Virus record (IMG/VR): IMGVR_UViG_3300048011_000128
Coordinates: 1 to 37,329 of that record
Length of the DNA stretch: 37,329 bases
Source: a virus
Taxonomy: Duplodnaviria; Caudoviricetes
Direction: 5' to 3' (one strand)
Below are positions 34,485-37,329 of this stretch, in pieces (position 1 is the stretch's first letter; the number at the start of each line of letters is the position of its first letter). A program made the position numbers and the translations under genes. The notes under the pieces are model-generated. The model was not told the origin of the DNA and searched no databases. It worked only from the letters and a program-made list of their open reading frames with translations.

Positions 34485-35891
34485 ATGGCTGGATATATAG
34501 GAAGTAAATCATCTGTCACACAAGTTGATGGATACTCGGAAGCTGAAGCTGATGCTGAGTTCGTAACTAAAACTGGCGATACAATGTCAGGCAACCTTGA
34601 CGTAACAGGCACAGTGACAGGCTCTACTGGAATAACAACAGGCGTTAATTACGGAAACTTTACACCTGTAACATCTGGTACTACTGGCGCAAGGATAAGT
34701 GCAAATGGTAATGGCATGTTGCGGTTTGCTTCTGGCGGCGTTGATAAAATGTATGTGCTAGACTCAGGCAACGTTGGTATTGGGACTAGTAGTGGCACTG
34801 CTCCTTTAGAAATATCAAACTCTGCTGCAAACTCATTAAGAATACATCGTGACTTTGCCACAAATAGTGCAAGTTCTGCTACTATACGTTTTGCAGGTGA
34901 TGATAGTGTAGGAAACGTAACAGACTATGCTGAAATTAGGTCATTCACAGAAGTTGTAACGAATGGGTCTGAAGCGGGTGCATTGTTGTTTGGTACTCGT
35001 AGTAGTGGTTCAGTTACAGAACGTATGCGCATCGACTCGTCAGGTAACGTGTTGGTGGGTAAGACGACTGATGCATTCGGTACTGCTGGTGTTGTTATGC
35101 GTCAACTAGGAATAATTAACATTACTAGAGCAAACGGTTCAGTTCTTAACTTAAACAGAACAGGTAATGATGGCGCATTAGCAGAGTTCCACAAAGACGG
35201 CACAACTATAGGTACTATTGGTGTACATGGTGGTTCAATTGTATTTGGTAGAGGAGATACTGCACTAGCCTTTAATGATTCATTAGATGCAATTTATCCT
35301 ATCAATACAAGCGGAGCAACAAGAGATAATGCTATAGATTTAGGTCGTATTGCTCACCGCTTCGATGACATCTACGCAACCAACGGCACTATCCAAACAT
35401 CTGACTTCAATGAGAAGCAAGACATAGCATCACTTACAGCAACAGAAATGCTAGTAGGTAAACGTCTATCAGGTCTATTCAAGACATTCAGATGGAAAGA
35501 CAGTGTAGCTGAGAATGGTGACAATGCTCGTACTCATACAGGTGTCATAGCTCAAGACGTACAGGCGGCATTCACAGCAGAAGGTTTAGATGCTGGTGAC
35601 TACGCATTGTTTATCTCAAGCACATGGTGGGAAACACAAACAGAAGTACCAGCAGTAGAAGCTGTAGCTGAAGTCACTGACGAAGATGGCAATGTAACTA
35701 CAGAAGCTGTTGAAGCTAAAGATGCTTACACTCGTACTGACACATACGACACAGAAGCTGAAGCACCAGAGGGTGCAACAGAAAGAACTAGACTAGGTAT
35801 TCGTTACCCTGAGTTACTATCTTTTGTAGCCGCATACAACGAACAACGATTTGCTTCTATTGAGGCAAGACTAACAGCATTGGAGGCTTAA
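34485..35891 (+). CDS. Tail fibre 1 with C-terminal intramolecular chaperone (peptidase S74-like)
   Basis: Likely start MAGYIG; GNVGIGT and ERMRIDSSGN repeats; TSDFNEKQDI cleavage motif, G.IAQDV, and terminal coiled coil. Confidence 0.8.
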   Translation: MAGYIGSKSSVTQVDGYSEAEADAEFVTKTGDTMSGNLDVTGTVTGSTGITTGVNYGNFTPVTSGTTGARISANGNGMLRFASGGVDKMYVLDSGNVGIGTSSGTAPLEISNSAANSLRIHRDFATNSASSATIRFAGDDSVGNVTDYAEIRSFTEVVTNGSEAGALLFGTRSSGSVTERMRIDSSGNVLVGKTTDAFGTAGVVMRQLGIINITRANGSVLNLNRTGNDGALAEFHKDGTTIGTIGVHGGSIVFGRGDTALAFNDSLDAIYPINTSGATRDNAIDLGRIAHRFDDIYATNGTIQTSDFNEKQDIASLTATEMLVGKRLSGLFKTFRWKDSVAENGDNARTHTGVIAQDVQAAFTAEGLDAGDYALFISSTWWETQTEVPAVEAVAEVTDEDGNVTTEAVEAKDAYTRTDTYDTEAEAPEGATERTRLGIRYPELLSFVAAYNEQRFASIEARLTALEA

Positions 35892-35895
35892 TCAT

Positions 35896-36990
35896 ATGTC
35901 AGGTTACATCGGCACACAGCCAGTACCACAAGCCACACAGACAAGGGATAGCTTCACAGCTACATCTGGGCAGACATCGTTTGCTACTGGTGGGTATACT
36001 CCTAACTACCTAGACGTATATCTCAATGGCGTTAAGTTAGCTTCCGCAGATTATACAGCAACTAATGGTTCAGATGTTGTCCTAGCATCAGGTGCGGCTA
36101 CAGGTGACATCCTAGAGGTTGTTGCATTTACTACGTTCACACCAGCAAGCATACCAGATGGTACTCCAAGCATTGACGACAATGGTGACGCCACAGCAAT
36201 CACGATTGATAGTAGTGAGAATGTGTTAATTGGTAAGGCTGTTACAGATTTAGATATTGCAGGAAACGCATTGTTTAACACAGGTCAGGCTTATCATACA
36301 CGTTCTGGTGGTACTGCTTTATATCTAAACAGACTTTCTTCTGATGGAACTATTGTAGACCTTCGCAAAGACGGCACAACTGTAGGTAGTGTTGGGGCGC
36401 ACTCAAGTGGGACATACCTTGGTACAGCAGACACTGGCATATATTTTAATGGTGGAAATGACAGTATTGACCCATATAATCCCAGTGTTCCAATTAATAG
36501 AGATAATGCTATTTCATTAGGGGCAGGGTCAAGACGCTTCAAAGACCTCTACCTATCAGGCGGTGTATACCTCGGCGGTACTGGGTCGGCTAATAAGTTA
36601 GCGGATTACGAAGAAGGGACTTGGACGCCTGCTTTTGTTAGTGGAACTTTTAGTTATGGTATTCGCACTGGTTGGTATACAAAAGTAGGTGATTTAGTAA
36701 CATGCGGATTTCTCATAATATGGAGTTCTAAAAGTGGATCAGGTACTATCAATATAACACTTCCTTTTACTACAAGCAGTGGTACGCACTATAGGTACGC
36801 TGGTAGCACTGGCTACATGAGTGGAGTAGATATAGGTTCTTCATATAAAGATTTTACATTCACAACCACCCCAAGCACTGCCAATGTAGCCCTTGTTTTA
36901 AACGGTGATAATATTGCTGGTGCTGGCGCACAAGTTGCAGATATGAGTGGTAGTGGAGAAATACAAGGATCATTAAGTTTTAAAGTTTAA
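35896..36990 (+). CDS. Tail fibre 2
   Basis: MSGYIG start, TATSGQT.F, DYEEGTWTP and YTKVG.LV receptor-binding-type motifs. Confidence 0.8.
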   Translation: MSGYIGTQPVPQATQTRDSFTATSGQTSFATGGYTPNYLDVYLNGVKLASADYTATNGSDVVLASGAATGDILEVVAFTTFTPASIPDGTPSIDDNGDATAITIDSSENVLIGKAVTDLDIAGNALFNTGQAYHTRSGGTALYLNRLSSDGTIVDLRKDGTTVGSVGAHSSGTYLGTADTGIYFNGGNDSIDPYNPSVPINRDNAISLGAGSRRFKDLYLSGGVYLGGTGSANKLADYEEGTWTPAFVSGTFSYGIRTGWYTKVGDLVTCGFLIIWSSKSGSGTINITLPFTTSSGTHYRYAGSTGYMSGVDIGSSYKDFTFTTTPSTANVALVLNGDNIAGAGAQVADMSGSGEIQGSLSFKV

Positions 36991-37058
36991 CATAACCCAC
37001 CGCATAGCTTTGGGTAGTCAGGTGGTAATAACGCCACGATAAAACAAAGGAGGCCAAT

Positions 37059-37329
37059 ATGGCACTAACAGAAACACAAGTTGAAGATAAAATAGAGATC
37101 GTTTCAGATTTTAAACATGTGCAAATTCGAACCGCCACTGTGATAGCTAGAGATGGCACAGAGATCAGCCGATCATTCCATCGTCACTCATTAGCTTGCT
37201 CAACTAAATCAGGTGATACATGGGGTGACACTGACATCTCAAGTGAGTCAACAGAAGTACAAGCAATATGCAATGCTGTTTGGACAGACGCAGTGAAGAC
37301 TGCATATCAGACAGCTATGGATGCAGCAG
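37059..37329 (+). CDS. Tail-fibre-associated small protein (3' truncated)
   Basis: AGGAGG RBS; MALTETQVEDKIEIV...QIRTAT...EISRSFHRH...VQAICNAVWT, open to the window end. Confidence 0.75.
   Translation, partial: MALTETQVEDKIEIVSDFKHVQIRTATVIARDGTEISRSFHRHSLACSTKSGDTWGDTDISSESTEVQAICNAVWTDAVKTAYQTAMDAA

Noticed and set aside
35632-35780. Acidic EAV-rich repeat in the fibre chaperone
   Set aside because: Low-complexity loop inside the S74-like domain, not a separate element.
34485-36990. Diversity-generating retroelement or invertase-based fibre switching
   Set aside because: No reverse transcriptase or recombinase and no long TR/VR pair, only short direct microhomologies.
1-37329. CRISPR array, tRNA, integrase, phage RNA polymerase, intron or intein
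   Set aside because: None recognised on manual reading. RNR, pol and helicase lengths leave no room for inteins.

Overview
Nearly complete, circularly permuted genome of a lytic T7-related podophage with no RNA polymerase gene in the window. Its gene content and layout resemble Zobellviridae/cobavirus-like (SIO1-like) marine phages, and the host is probably an alphaproteobacterium (inference). The window starts inside the large terminase and ends inside a tail-associated gene. A + strand morphogenesis arm (31936 to end, continuing 1-19040) carries tail fibres, terminase, portal, scaffold, capsid, tail tubular A/B, a GNAT, three internal virion proteins (one with a pesticin-like lysozyme domain), membrane/exported proteins and small basic proteins. 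It converges at a bidirectional terminator (~19041-19082) on a - strand early/replication arm (31197 to 19082). That arm carries a GP88-like protein, C5 DNA methyltransferase, NrdR-like Zn ribbon, primase-helicase, a split PolA, SSB, exonuclease, endonuclease I, MazG-like protein, DUF1127, class II RNR and DUF3310. The 31198-31935 gap probably holds the physical ends and several sigma70 promoters. Highlights: (1) a four-gene exported/lipoprotein cassette of unknown function with an internally shared Cys motif; (2) a promoter- and terminator-bounded, structured ~200-nt RNA candidate; (3) a PolA split in the thumb that also has paired substitutions at the E710 and Y766 equivalents. All calls come from manual reading; no database searches were run.
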